64,000 bases of DNA from positions 161,262,001 through 161,326,000 of the forward strand of contig NC_043000.1 in NCBI RefSeq assembly GCF_006345805.1. Reading direction: 5' to 3'. Below the pieces are notes generated by a model, which was not told the origin of the DNA, ran no database searches, and saw nothing but the letters and a program-made list of their open reading frames with translations. The translations under genes and the position numbers were made by a program. Position 1 is the stretch's first letter; the number at the start of each line of letters is the position of its first letter. This DNA comes from Octopus sinensis. Lineage: Eukaryota. Below, one piece after another: positions 52,893 through 64,000 of this stretch.

Positions 52893-54261
52893 GAAAACCT
52901 ACATACGGTACCTGATATACATATCCCTGTGTGTACATATATATATATATATATGCTTTTCTTCGAATAAGCCACTTCTTTTACTGTTGATTTCATGAAT
53001 CCAGCCCTCAATAAGTACCAGGTGAACACTTCTGCATACCTTTTTTGCATGAAATAATTTTCACAAAAAGCTTATCAAATGTACTATCAAATTTATATTA
53101 CATTATATACATTGAATATTGAAGCGGCACTCTTAAATCAAACAAAACTCAAAAGATCCAAATTTGAAATAACACCATTAAATGCAAGTTGTGGTATGGG
53201 TTTTCAAATTTGCGTTGAATATACACCTGTTAACGAATACTCAAAACAACTGTTAGCTGTTGTGCTCTATTCGCTCTGTGGTATTCCTTTGTCGATGATT
53301 ATAAGGAGCAATATACAGCGTAGATAATAATGTTAGACAAATCGTGTGATCTTCGTCATTAATATTTGTTTAGTCAGCAACTTTTAGGAAGGCGTTTTAA
53401 CGGATTAAAATCTTCAAATATATTATTAAGAGAAACAGTAATAACTGAAAGAATATCAAACCCACAAACAAATAAGCTGGATGACTATCGAATAAGCACG
53501 ATCATCGCCTATAGACCAGATTCTAACTGTACATATGACTTGCAATGCTTTGTGCGAAATATTTTATTCTGGAAATGTACGAGAACATCTTACATTTGAA
53601 TAATACATGTTCTGCACTAAACAGATAGGATTTCATAGCGGCAACATTCGGCATACTTAAGCATATAATAAATCAACAGTCTTGATATAAATACTAAGTA
53701 AAGTACATGAAATCAGGAAACGACATTAGACCTCTTTTAATCGATTTAGAATAACTCACGACACGCAGAGAATCGGTTTAAATCCTTACAAATCCCTGTC
53801 TTAAATAACGACTGTTCAAAGAAATTATGAAAACCTACATGATAGAGCCTATATTCAGAAACACTTGCAAATATGAACACACACACACATATATATATTA
53901 CAGATGTGTGTTAGGATGTACAAACGTAGGATAAAAACAACTCAATACATATAACGGAGTATATTCAACTATCGAGGCGGTGATATAAATTTGGAACGAC
54001 TTTTAAAATATTAGAATATATATTTTAAGGCAATTTACAAATATAAACATCAACTACGTGGTAAGTTGTAAGGCTATAAAACTCAATGAAATTGAATTAG
54101 TTTCGTTCTAAAATGGGAAACAAACATAAACGTCTGAGTATCGATAGAACTTAAAACTACGATTATGAGATGAATTTCTCAGTGATAAACTCATATTTGT
54201 TTCTACATACTATTTTTTGGGGCTTTTGTTAAGCACTCATATGTGTGTGTGCATATATGTT

Positions 54262-54299
<38 letters not shown>

Positions 54300-54474
54300 C
54301 AGATAAAGGGTGAAATATAATTAATTTAATAAAATCAACAAATTACACCAAGTAGTGATTTGGTATGGAGAAGGACCATATTCGGTAAAAGTTTATATAA
54401 TTATAACAAAATTATAACAAAGAGGGTCTTTGCAACAAGATGCTTGACCACATACCGAGAGTATTAGAAATAGA

Positions 54475-55691
54475 CAGACGTAAATAGACATCCCATGAAA
54501 CATAATTCTATGTTTATTTTAACTGGAAATGGTTAATACTTCTTATTAATTGATATTTTTATATTTCAGGTTCTATATGTGACTGTTCAATCATGCCACG
54601 TACAAAAGAAGCCTTGGAACTGCTCTACCCGAATATCAAAGAGGCCTATTGTGGGTCAATTGGAAGGTGGACTTAGCGTAAACTCGCCAACAGCGTTGGG
54701 ATCCCACTTTCTATGGTTAATAGATTTATTACGCAATTCACCAGAGCGGGTAAAGGGTCCATATCGCCTCACCCAGGTCGATGAGGGCCATCTGACAGGA
54801 CCCTTTACTTTGTTAAGAGAAGTTTGGAGGATAATCCTCGTTGCAAGGTCTCTGACATAGCAGAACAAGTTCATGTCAGAACAAGAACAGATGTCAGGTG
54901 TCTCCACAAACTTGACTACTATAGCAGAGCAGCAAGAAAGCTCCACTTCTTCGATCAGACAATGTGAAGCGGGAAAAGGAATGGGCCACTGAAACTGAAA
55001 TGATGGCTAGGCCACTCGCATTTTGGGACATTCTGGTATTGTCTCATGAGTACAGATCTGCTGTATTTTCAGACAGTGTTCTAGCGTGAGTCTGGAGATA
55101 CGGTGATAAAGAATTTGACGTGAAAAGATTGCAGCCAACGATGAAATATGGTGGCTATTTATGATGATCTGAGGAGCAATTTGGAGCAATGGTTGATTAA
55201 AGCTGGTCGAGTGTGAGGGAAACATAAATTCGTCCATATTTAAGAAAAGATAGCTACCAATCATCTCCGGTGATTTTAAAGACGATTCTTTATTATGGAA
55301 GATGGGACTCCTTGTCACGCGGCTGAAAAGACCCACAATTGGTTGAAAGAGAATGGCATTAAAAAGCTTCCATGGCCAAGCCAGTCACCACATATGAATC
55401 TTATTGAAGACATCTGGGACATAATAGACAGGGCACTTCGTAAAAAGAACAAGAAAGCGTCCTCAACGCCAGACATTTTGAGAAACTTGGCAAGAAATTT
55501 CTCAAGCGAATATTTGTATTCTGATCAGTAGCTTGCTTAAAAAAGTATTGGTATTGAAAAATACAAAGCAAATGTCTACTAAATATTAGATATTCATATT
55601 GCAGTAATAAATAAATAATTTGAATGTATAATTTCAGATTTAAATAAATCTTAACGATTATAAAGGTGTCTATTTACTTTTGTTATGTCTG
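54475..55691 (+). mobile_element. Decayed Tc1-family transposon
   Basis: MPRTKE start (~54593), EDGTPCHAA..NWLKENGIKKLPWPSQSPHMNLIE; terminal CAGAC..GTAAATAGACA inverted at 54475 and 55691. Confidence 0.8.
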
Positions 55692-55813
55692 TATATTTTC
55701 ATATTAATGAGAATATCGATCTGTTCATGTATAAGCCTACGTTAATAGTAGGACAAGTACATAGATTAATATAGATTAATATATGCGTGAGTGTCCATAT
55801 CTATGTATGTATG

Positions 55814-55842
<29 letters not shown>

Positions 55843-55844
<2 letters not shown>

Positions 55845-56957
55845 GGCAGCCCTTTCTCCATCTACATAGAAAACAACTGGAAGAGATATCTAGATGACTG
55901 TTTCATCCTTTGGCATAAAAATATAGAAAAACTCATAGAATTCCAGAAAATTTTAAACGGACTGGACGTAAACATCCAATTCACGGTGGAATATAGCCAA
56001 CAACAACTCCCCTTCCTCGATATCCTCATTAAGAAAGCTAATAATATAATAGAAACAGACATATACTATAAGCCTACAGACTCTAAGCAATATCTTCCAT
56101 TCAATTCATGCCACCCCAGACACACCAGGATGAATATCCCCTTCAATCTAGCAAAAAGGATATGCACTATAGTCTCTAACGCAAACACCAGAGACACACG
56201 ACTACAAGAACTAAAAGATACCCTAATCACCAGGAACTATCCGCCTTCACTTATTGACAAATGCATTCAACGTGCCCTTCAACTTAACATCAAGGAACTG
56301 AGACATCCCAAATCAAAGAAAAACTTACAACCAAAAGCCTTACCATACATCTCCACACACAACCCTCTCAATAACGAAGCCTTCGACACCATCCTCCACA
56401 ACATACCCCTCCTAAAAAAAGACCACAGAATGAACACAATCCTCCAAACACACACGATCATAAAAAGCAAAAGACAGCCTAGATCCATGAAAAGTCTCCT
56501 TACACAAGCCCGAATTCACTCTTCAACACAGAAGCCGACAGTAAAAAAATGTGGAAGACCCAATTGCGGGATATGCGACTATCTAATCGAGGGTTCTGAG
56601 TTCTCCTTCAAACAGGGACAACGTTTTACAGTGAAAAGCAACTTCACATGTGCTTCGGAGAACCTAATATACTCACTAACCTGCTCCGGGTGTCAAGAGC
56701 AGTACATAGGCCAAACAAAAAATGGTTTGCGTAAACGAATGGCCCTGCACAGATCCCAGATAAAAATCCCCCAAAACAGAAAAATAGCTTTTAGCCAACA
56801 CATAGATACTTGCGCCAACAAAAAAACACCAAACTTCAGAATTTTCCCCCTCTACCAATTTAGGGACGATACAACCTCGAGACAACGAATAAGTAAAGAA
56901 AATCTCTTTATTACAAAATACAAGCCACTTCTTAACGGGTCTACGACAAACAATTAA
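55843..56957 (+). CDS. Uninterrupted PLE RT/GIY-YIG frame (N-terminally truncated)
   Basis: WKRYLDDCF, DIYYKPTDSKQYL..SCHP, CGRPNCGIC, CASENLIYSLTCSGCQEQYIGQT; no stops. Confidence 0.85.
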
Positions 56958-57674
56958 TATACCTCAACTTTAGAATAAAAGAAAAAAATATATATACACA
57001 CACAAATACTACACTCCATAGAATCCATTACTAATCAGCCCCTTCATAGCTATATTTACACCCATTCATATTCTCCCTTCTCTGTTTTTTTCTTCTTCTT
57101 CTTCCTCTTCTTCTTCATCATCATCGTTATCATCATCATCGGCATCATCATCATCGCCACCATCATCACCACCATCTTCTCCTTCTCCTCCTTCTTCTTC
57201 TTCTTCTTCTTCATCATCATCGTTATCATCATCATCGTCGTCATAATCATCACACCATCACCATCATCGTCATCTTCTCCTTCTCCTTCTCCTTCTCCTT
57301 CTCCTTCTTCTTCTTCTTCTTCTTCTCCACCCCCTACCTTTTAAGTTTGTCACTAATGTTTTTTAGTATAACACCTACGCTAATTCTATAAACAAGCCTG
57401 TCAATATAAATATTCTCCTGAATTGAACTGAGACTGCCAGCCGCCACTGACCATTCAAAATACGACCATCAGGGCACTCCCAGATTCTCCCACCCCCCTT
57501 TCCTCACCAGCCTTCCCTCTACTACCCTACCAAGAACTCACAACTACCTCGAACACACAAGTGCAAACAAGGGAGTCAGAGAAAGGCAGAATGCCACTTA
57601 AATCTGAACACTACTATAGAAATATTCTTTTAAAAAAACTTTTCTTCTAATTTTTCTAAATTTAATTATTTAAT

Positions 57675-57722
57675 CGTTACAGTTGAAAAGGTCTCAAAAT
57701 GACCGAAACCGGTACTGAAATG
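57675..57722 (+). ncRNA. Minimal type I hammerhead with U3-A8 covariant core
   Basis: CGTTACAG-TTGAAAA-GGTC(tcaaaat)GACC-GAA-ACCGGT-A-CTGAAATG. Confidence 0.75.
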
Positions 57723-57766
57723 TTCACTATAAAATTATTTTAGCATTTTCTATTTTTTACTTGTTT

Positions 57767-57800
<34 letters not shown>

Positions 57801-57809
<9 letters not shown>

Positions 57810-57919
57810 TATATGTATATAAATATATACGTATGTCAATATGCTGTTCCAGAATGTAGATTGTTTATTGGTGTACTTACTATTAAAATACATTGATTCA
57901 ATTGTTTCCTGCAAATAAC

Positions 57920-57970
<51 letters not shown>

Positions 57971-58091
57971 ATACACACACATATATGTATATAAATATAT
58001 ACGTATGTCAATATGCTGTTCCAGAATGTAGATTGTTTATTGGTGTACTTACTATTAAAATACATTGATTCAATTGTTTCCTGCAAATAAC

Positions 58092-58100
<9 letters not shown>
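57801..58100. repeat. Tandem duplication, period 172 bp
   Basis: Non-microsatellite ~125-bp block appears identical at 57801 and 57973. Confidence 0.9.
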
Positions 58101-58122
<22 letters not shown>

Positions 58123-58251
58123 TTAATAAAAGGGAATTCCAACCTTGTCTGATTTTCACATTTTATTTACAATCTTATAATGATATAATATAAGATAATA
58201 TAATATAATAAAATAAAATAAAATAATAGAATGTTAAATGTTCATTCTGAT

Positions 58252-58296
58252 TGAACTAGTACTTTCATGCATTAAATTTTGCAATCTTCAGGTTCA
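58252..58296 (-). ncRNA. Minimal type I hammerhead motif
   Basis: TGAAC-CTGAAGA-TTGCA(aaatttaa)TGCAT-GAA-AGTACT-A-GTTCA. Confidence 0.75.
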
Positions 58297-59225
58297 TGTA
58301 GTAGTGGTGACAGTCATGCTTCACAATTTTTGACTGTAGCGAGATGGTTAAATCTGTGCCTTAAATACACCTGTGTAGGCTCCAGATTGCTAGGTTTTGC
58401 AAACTGTATTCTGACCAATCAGTGTGTAGCATCACTCAATTACTTAAGTTGATTGGTTTGTTTAGGCGTCACGCTTTGTTGAACATGTCAAGTGTCCTGT
58501 ATCTTAACCCTGGCCAAGGCAGCAATTGTTGGGCTATTTTTAGAGATGTTATAAATAGCCTTTGTCAGGGATTTTTATATTTCAATTGTCATCATCATCA
58601 TTGTCAGCACCTTAATTATTGTTGCTAGTGGTGATGGTGGTGGCAATAGAACTTTTAACCCTAAATAAGATAATTTTCCTGCTATCTTCATCTTGATCAC
58701 CTTTAGTATTGTTGTTGTTGTTAGTGGTCATGGTCGTAGCAGTAGAATTAGTACCTCTAAGTATTATTATTATTGCTTATTTAGCTTGGGTTCGAATTTA
58801 TCAATGAAATTATTTTCTCTGATTTTCCTCACGATTTCACTTGGGCTGTGTAATTTGTAGAATGGAAATATTATATATTTTTTCCGACCACATCTTGCTA
58901 GGTGGTTACTCAAAGGTATCTGACGGACCTCTGGGTCTCTAATCTGTTGTCGGTGTACACGTGAGCATTCCGATAGTGCATTTCCCGTCTGACCTACATA
59001 TATTTCTTCACAATTTGGGCATTTGATGCAGTAAATTTCTGCTTTTGCAGTTCATATTCGCGTATGTGAATATTTTCCCGGTTTTTGTGTTTATATATTG
59101 ACCGGTATGTATGAACTGGCATGTGCCACATCGGCTATCATTGCATTTAGATACAGTGAATGTTTGGTCTTTCTTGCTAAGGTCAAATTTTGGCTTTGTT
59201 AGTAATTTTTTGAAGTCTTTTACTT
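58252..59225 (-). mobile_element. Decayed Penelope-like 3' end (GIY-YIG and 3' UTR)
   Basis: IYCIKCPNCEEIYVGQTG..HRQQIRDP..NHL..ENNFIDKFEPKLN on the minus strand at 58785-59060; truncated at (TA)n. Confidence 0.85.
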
Positions 59226-59252
59226 ATATGGATATATATATATGTATATATA

Positions 59253-59361
<109 letters not shown>

Positions 59362-59757
59362 TGTGTGTCTGTGTGTATATATGTAGGTATGTATGTATAC
59401 ATTAACCTTCTCACTCCAAACACCTGTATGCTGTATGTTCGAGCATGACATTTTCCTAAATTAAGTGCTCTTCATATTCAATGCCCTAATGAAGCTATAC
59501 GATGTTACCCAGGGACTCATCTAACAGCCCCCCATATGTTACAGCAGAAACAGAGAAACAGCTGTAAGCTAATAAAGTTCATTATATAACATTTTCCCCG
59601 CGTCATCTCTTTGCTACAATATATATATATATATAAATACGTACATACATATGCATATATACACGTACATATACATGTACATGTACATACATATATATAT
59701 AAATATATATGTATATATATGTATATGTATGTATATGTATGTATATATGCATACATA

Positions 59758-59788
<31 letters not shown>

Positions 59789-59861
59789 ATATTAGGGAAT
59801 AAATCCAAATTTACAGGGAAAAATCAGATTTAGGATTGAATCCAATTTTATAGCAAAATAT

Positions 59862-60160
59862 TATATAATATTAATTAGAGACAAAACAACTATTTTGCAA
59901 ATCAAACAAAGAAAGACTTAATCCAATAGATAAAAAAATTTAATATAAATTAAATAAAATTAAATTCGCCACTACAATTGTTTCGTGTCTCTTCTAAGGA
60001 CATTCATCAGGTGGATCTCAGATCCTCTATTCAATTTTAAGTTATTTTAGTGGCGAATTTAATTTTATTTAATTTATATTAAATTTTTTTATGTATTGGA
60101 TCAAGTCTTTCTTTGTTTGATTTGCAAAATAGTGGTTTTGTCTCTAATTAATATTATATA
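59862..60160. repeat. Head-to-head inverted repeat (113-bp arms) with a hammerhead at the junction
   Basis: 59862-59974 versus 60048-60160, about 3 mismatches. Confidence 0.9.
59969..60014 (-). ncRNA. Minimal type I hammerhead motif
   Basis: CCAC-CTGATGA-ATGTC(cttagaaga)GACAC-GAA-ACAATTGT-A-GTGG. Confidence 0.75.
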
Positions 60161-60257
60161 TATATATATATATTATATATATATATACCGGAGTAAACAC
60201 ATAAATGTGAAACAAGGTGAAAAAAGAGTACTCAAATACCAGTGGTATAGTAATATG

Positions 60258-60421
60258 CTTTATTTAAAGCAGCAGAAAATTCAACAAAACCTGTTACTCT
60301 GAGTTTCACGTTCTCGTTCGTCGGACAGCTTTTGCTAGAATCTAGCAAAAACTGTCCGACGAACGGGAACGTGAAACTCAGAGTAACAGGTTTTGTTGAA
60401 TTTTCTTCTGCTTTAAATAAA

Positions 60422-60422
<1 letters not shown>
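60258..60422. repeat. Near-perfect palindrome (82-bp arms, 1-nt loop), each arm with a hammerhead-like motif
   Basis: 3 mismatches; motifs at 60352-60389 (+) and 60291-60328 (-): CTGT-CCGACGA-ACG(ggaa)CGT-GAA-ACTCAGAGT-A-ACAG. Confidence 0.9.
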
Positions 60423-60477
<55 letters not shown>

Positions 60478-60544
60478 GGTGTGGGTGTATATATATATAA
60501 TTTACATCTATATATACGTATATCATATTTGCTGCAGTATAAAA

Positions 60545-60939
60545 CATTTTTTATTAATATACCTGAAAATCACCTTGACTCAAATGCAGCACTTCCCAGA
60601 CATGCATTTGAATTGCTTCCTTGGTCATATTGGCGATATGAGGGTGGGCGTTGTCGTGCAATAGAAGAACTCCATGCTGCTGATTAAGTCTTTCCTCTTG
60701 AATAGCTGTGTTGAGTCGTTCCATCTGTTGAACATAGAATCCCGCAGTTCTATATTTATATGAAGAATTATATGCATTATTTACATTATTTACAATTGAC
60801 GGATATTTGTTCTCATCTTGTTTGTTATTAACACAATGTTTCGACTGATATGCCCTCCAGCCATCATCAAGTGTCTTGAGGAAATTTCGAATCAGGGTTC
60901 TCATTCCTAGGGTATTTTTCGATGTTGTTATTGTTGTTG

Positions 60940-61000
<61 letters not shown>

Positions 61001-61110
61001 CATGTCCACAGGTATATGGCGCAGTGGTTAAGAGCGCGGGCTACTAATCCCAAGATTCCGAGTTCTATTCCAGGCAGTAACCTGACTACTACTACTACTA
61101 CTACTACTAC

Positions 61111-61155
<45 letters not shown>

Positions 61156-61160
61156 GGATA

Positions 61161-61221
<61 letters not shown>

Positions 61222-62246
61222 TAATAATAATAATAATAATAATAAGGGTAATAATAATAATAATAATAATAACAACAACAACAACAACATCGGAAAATAC
61301 CTTGGGAATTGGAAACCAGGTTCGAAATTTCCACAAGACACCTGATGAAGGCTGGAGGGTATATCAGCCGAAGCGTTGTGTTAACAACAAACAAGATGAG
61401 GACAAATATCCGTTAATTGTAAATAATTTAAATAATGTATAGAGTTCCGCTTTAACCGTTTCGTTCCGTTAAAGCAATTCATAATGGATAATCCCTTTCC
61501 AGTCCCACCATACCTACAACATCGTTTTACCCGTGTGGAGATTTTGTTTCATGCGCGGAGTCGCTTGTTTATTGGAGCTAAGCCATTCCTTACGCTGCTT
61601 CATATTGATGTACAGGCGCCATTTTTCTTCGCCAGTAACGATTCGGTAAAGAAATCGTTGCTTGTGTCCATGAGTTGAGCGGTGACGAGCAAGCAAACCA
61701 GCGGAGATTGTGGCTCGCTGATTTTTGATTTGTCCCTTAAAGTATGAGGAACCTATACTCCACACCTCTGAACCTTTCCAATCGAATGAAGATGCTTCTC
61801 TGTAACAGCGTGGGAGCATCCCATTTTCTCTGTCAGTACACTTGTCATTTGATGAGAATTTTCGTGCAAAAGTTGGTTTAATCGCTCTTCATCGAACTCA
61901 ACTGGACGGCCAGAACCCGTTGCGTCTTTGAGGTCAAAATTTCCATTTTTTAACTGGGCATACCACCCACGAGCGGTTCTTTCAGCTATGGTACCCTCTT
62001 TATACACTGCACAAATGTAGCGTGATTAAATGCAAAAAGAAGGAGGTGTCGAAAATGCTTGTTTTTCTTAACTTGAGATTCCATTTTAATGACCTGAAAA
62101 TAAACAAAAATTAAATAAAATTAACTAGAAAAAAAAGATTCCAAAATGATTCAAAAATAGAATTCTCGAAAAAAATAGATTCCAAAATTTAAAAACGAAA
62201 TAAATTCCTAAATTTATAAAAAACGGCGGGAACTTCCAACGCAATA
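60545..62246 (-). mobile_element. Second, more decayed copy of the 18168-19444 mariner family, split by a SINE pair
   Basis: LLARHRSTHGHKQRFLYRIVTG is shared with copy 1; partial TIR at 62221-62246; LLLHDNAHPH resumes at 60560-60745. Confidence 0.88.
60746..61438. mobile_element. Head-to-head pair of tRNA-derived SINEs with hammerhead-containing tails
   Basis: Plus copy 61011-61438: A box TGGCGCAGTGG, B-box-like GAGTTCTATTCC, (ACT)(AAT)n, tail with CTGATGA..GAAGC. Minus copy 60746-61000 lacks the head. 12-bp flanking duplication. Confidence 0.8.
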
Positions 62247-62996
62247 TTACGTTTTTCCTATGCCAAATTTAATTTACATTCTTTTCATGATTAGTGTAGA
62301 GTCGTAGTACATGATCTCATACTATATTCCAGTATACCGTCACAATATTGTGTTTACATGCACTTAAGTTAAGATTACTCTCTGCGAAACCACTTCAAGA
62401 TAATTTTCAATAAATTTATGTACAAAGATTTTTTTCCACAAAATAGTCTGGAAAATAGGGTTGGGTCTCATACACAGGCAAATAAGGTTTGTATATTGGC
62501 AACTAAGAATATAACGGCCTCCAAAAGAGTCCTTTATAAATAATCATTTCGCTGTTGTATTTGCTATTGTTGTGCTTAACCCCCATATCTTCCTTGATAA
62601 AATTGATCCATAATGAATTGTAATTCCAGTTTTGTTAACTCTGTCGTCTTCGTTATTTGTTATCTGATATGCCATTGTAAGGACGTAGTTTTAGAGATGT
62701 TCGGTTGTCATTCCTCGCAGTTGAGTGACCAAGTACAGCAACTGCTTAAATTTATTTTCCAGAGGGGAATACACAATGCCGAACAAAACTATGTCACGTG
62801 CTTAGCGGTACGCATCCTTAGACTTAATTACTGACACCCTGTGTATTTTACATGAGACAAATTTATGTTTATTCTGCTTCTGTGCGAATGTATGAGTGTG
62901 TGAGTGTGTTTGTGTGCGTGTGTGTGTGTGTGCGCGCGCGCGCGTGTGTGTGTGTGTTCACTTAACTGCGTATTTTGTAGTTGGTTCTTCAGTTAC

Positions 62997-63041
62997 CTGA
63001 ACATCATGAAACAACATTTCAGCAAATCGATCGAGTGAAAT
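62997..63041 (-). CDS. Candidate 45-nt exon (ISLDRFAEMLFHDVQ)
   Basis: cAG acceptor with a weak pyrimidine tract, CAG|GTAACT donor, phase 0-0, joins 52401-52524 in frame. Confidence 0.35.
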
Positions 63042-63884
63042 CTGTTTCCATTGAACGAATAAGGACTTAATGCATTCAGTATTCTGCCCATCCTTCCAAT
63101 AAACAGACACAAGTTAACGTGTAAATGTAAGTCTTTGTTTCTTTGTTTACTTGCACTTTTGAGTATAATTGTATACACCAGTAAATTAAGTGACTTATGT
63201 ACTTATGTATGTTTTATCTACATGTGTGTAGTATTATATGCGTATAAATTGAGCGAGATGTGTATCCATTTACGTACATGTGTGTATGCGTGTGTGTGTG
63301 TATGAATATTTATTCAGACATATATTGAAAAGTAGTTGAAGATAATTTAGTTAATGTTGAGGAAATATTAAGCCAATTTAATTAATGGTATGTAAATCCT
63401 GTTTATGCTGCAATACTTATTTAATCCTATTAGCTAAAGTGTCAATTTTCCCAATGTTTCTAGGTGTTGTTATAAATCTTTCCGAAAGGGTTGTTGTTTG
63501 ACACATTGTTACCAATGAAAGCTTAAGAGATTCCAGGAAGCACTTAGATATCTATAAATGTACTATGCTGACAAGTAATTGTGTGCCCAACAAGTATGAA
63601 AGCATTTTCAACGTAAAATATGTTTAAATCTTATGTTTTATTTATTGGAAACTGTATCTGTAAATAAACTATGACAAACAGGCAGGAAAGAAGCTATTTT
63701 GCCGATCCTATGCGATATAAAGGAAAAGTACCAGTTATTTGACTTAATAGACATGAACTGGTTTCAAATGCAGTTATAATAATTGCATTGGTTTAGTAAT
63801 ATGTTAGTACTATGCAGTTGAGGGTTTATGCAAAAGCACTATAGAGTAGATTTTAGGATAAGGGTAACTGGAAATGTTAGAGCT

Positions 63885-63903
63885 AGATAGAGAGCTAGAT
63901 AGT

Positions 63904-63969
<66 letters not shown>
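63885..63969. repeat. (GATA)n microsatellite; similar (TA)n, (CA)n, (GATA)n, (CATA)n and (AAT)n tracts occur throughout the window
   Basis: Directly visible. Confidence 0.95.
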
Positions 63970-64000
63970 TGTTTCTTTATTAGCCACACAGGTCTGCACA

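Larger units (their letters stand above)
55843..57722 (+). mobile_element. 5'-truncated Penelope-like element (RT C-terminus, GIY-YIG, 3' UTR with hammerhead)
   Basis: Starts in (TA)n; coding to 56957; low-complexity 3' UTR; hammerhead at 57675-57722. Confidence 0.9.

Noticed and set aside
61011-61083. tRNA gene
   Set aside because: A/B boxes are present but there is no complete acceptor stem and it runs into a repeat body; it is a SINE head. The same holds for 148-200 and 30701-30790.

Overview
Eukaryotic, AT-rich, microsatellite-dense DNA made mostly of transposable elements. The SINE families resemble octopus/coleoid repeats, which is an inference from recall and not a database search. 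Contents: a near full-length R4/Dong-type LINE in a TAA repeat plus decayed copies, Tx1/L1, RTE and CR1 LINE fragments, five mariner relics, a Tc1 relic, Helitron ends, several tRNA-derived SINE families and two Penelope-like (PLE, GIY-YIG) elements. Short minus-strand exon candidates with canonical splice signals and compatible phases suggest the window lies within one large unidentified gene. The main unexplained signal is a set of hammerhead-ribozyme (HHR) motifs: about 6 near-intact and several degenerate, from several sequence families. They lie in PLE 3' ends, in the tail of a tRNA-derived SINE, and in the arms of small head-to-head inverted repeats set in (TA)n tracts. All structures were folded by eye; nothing was computed or searched.
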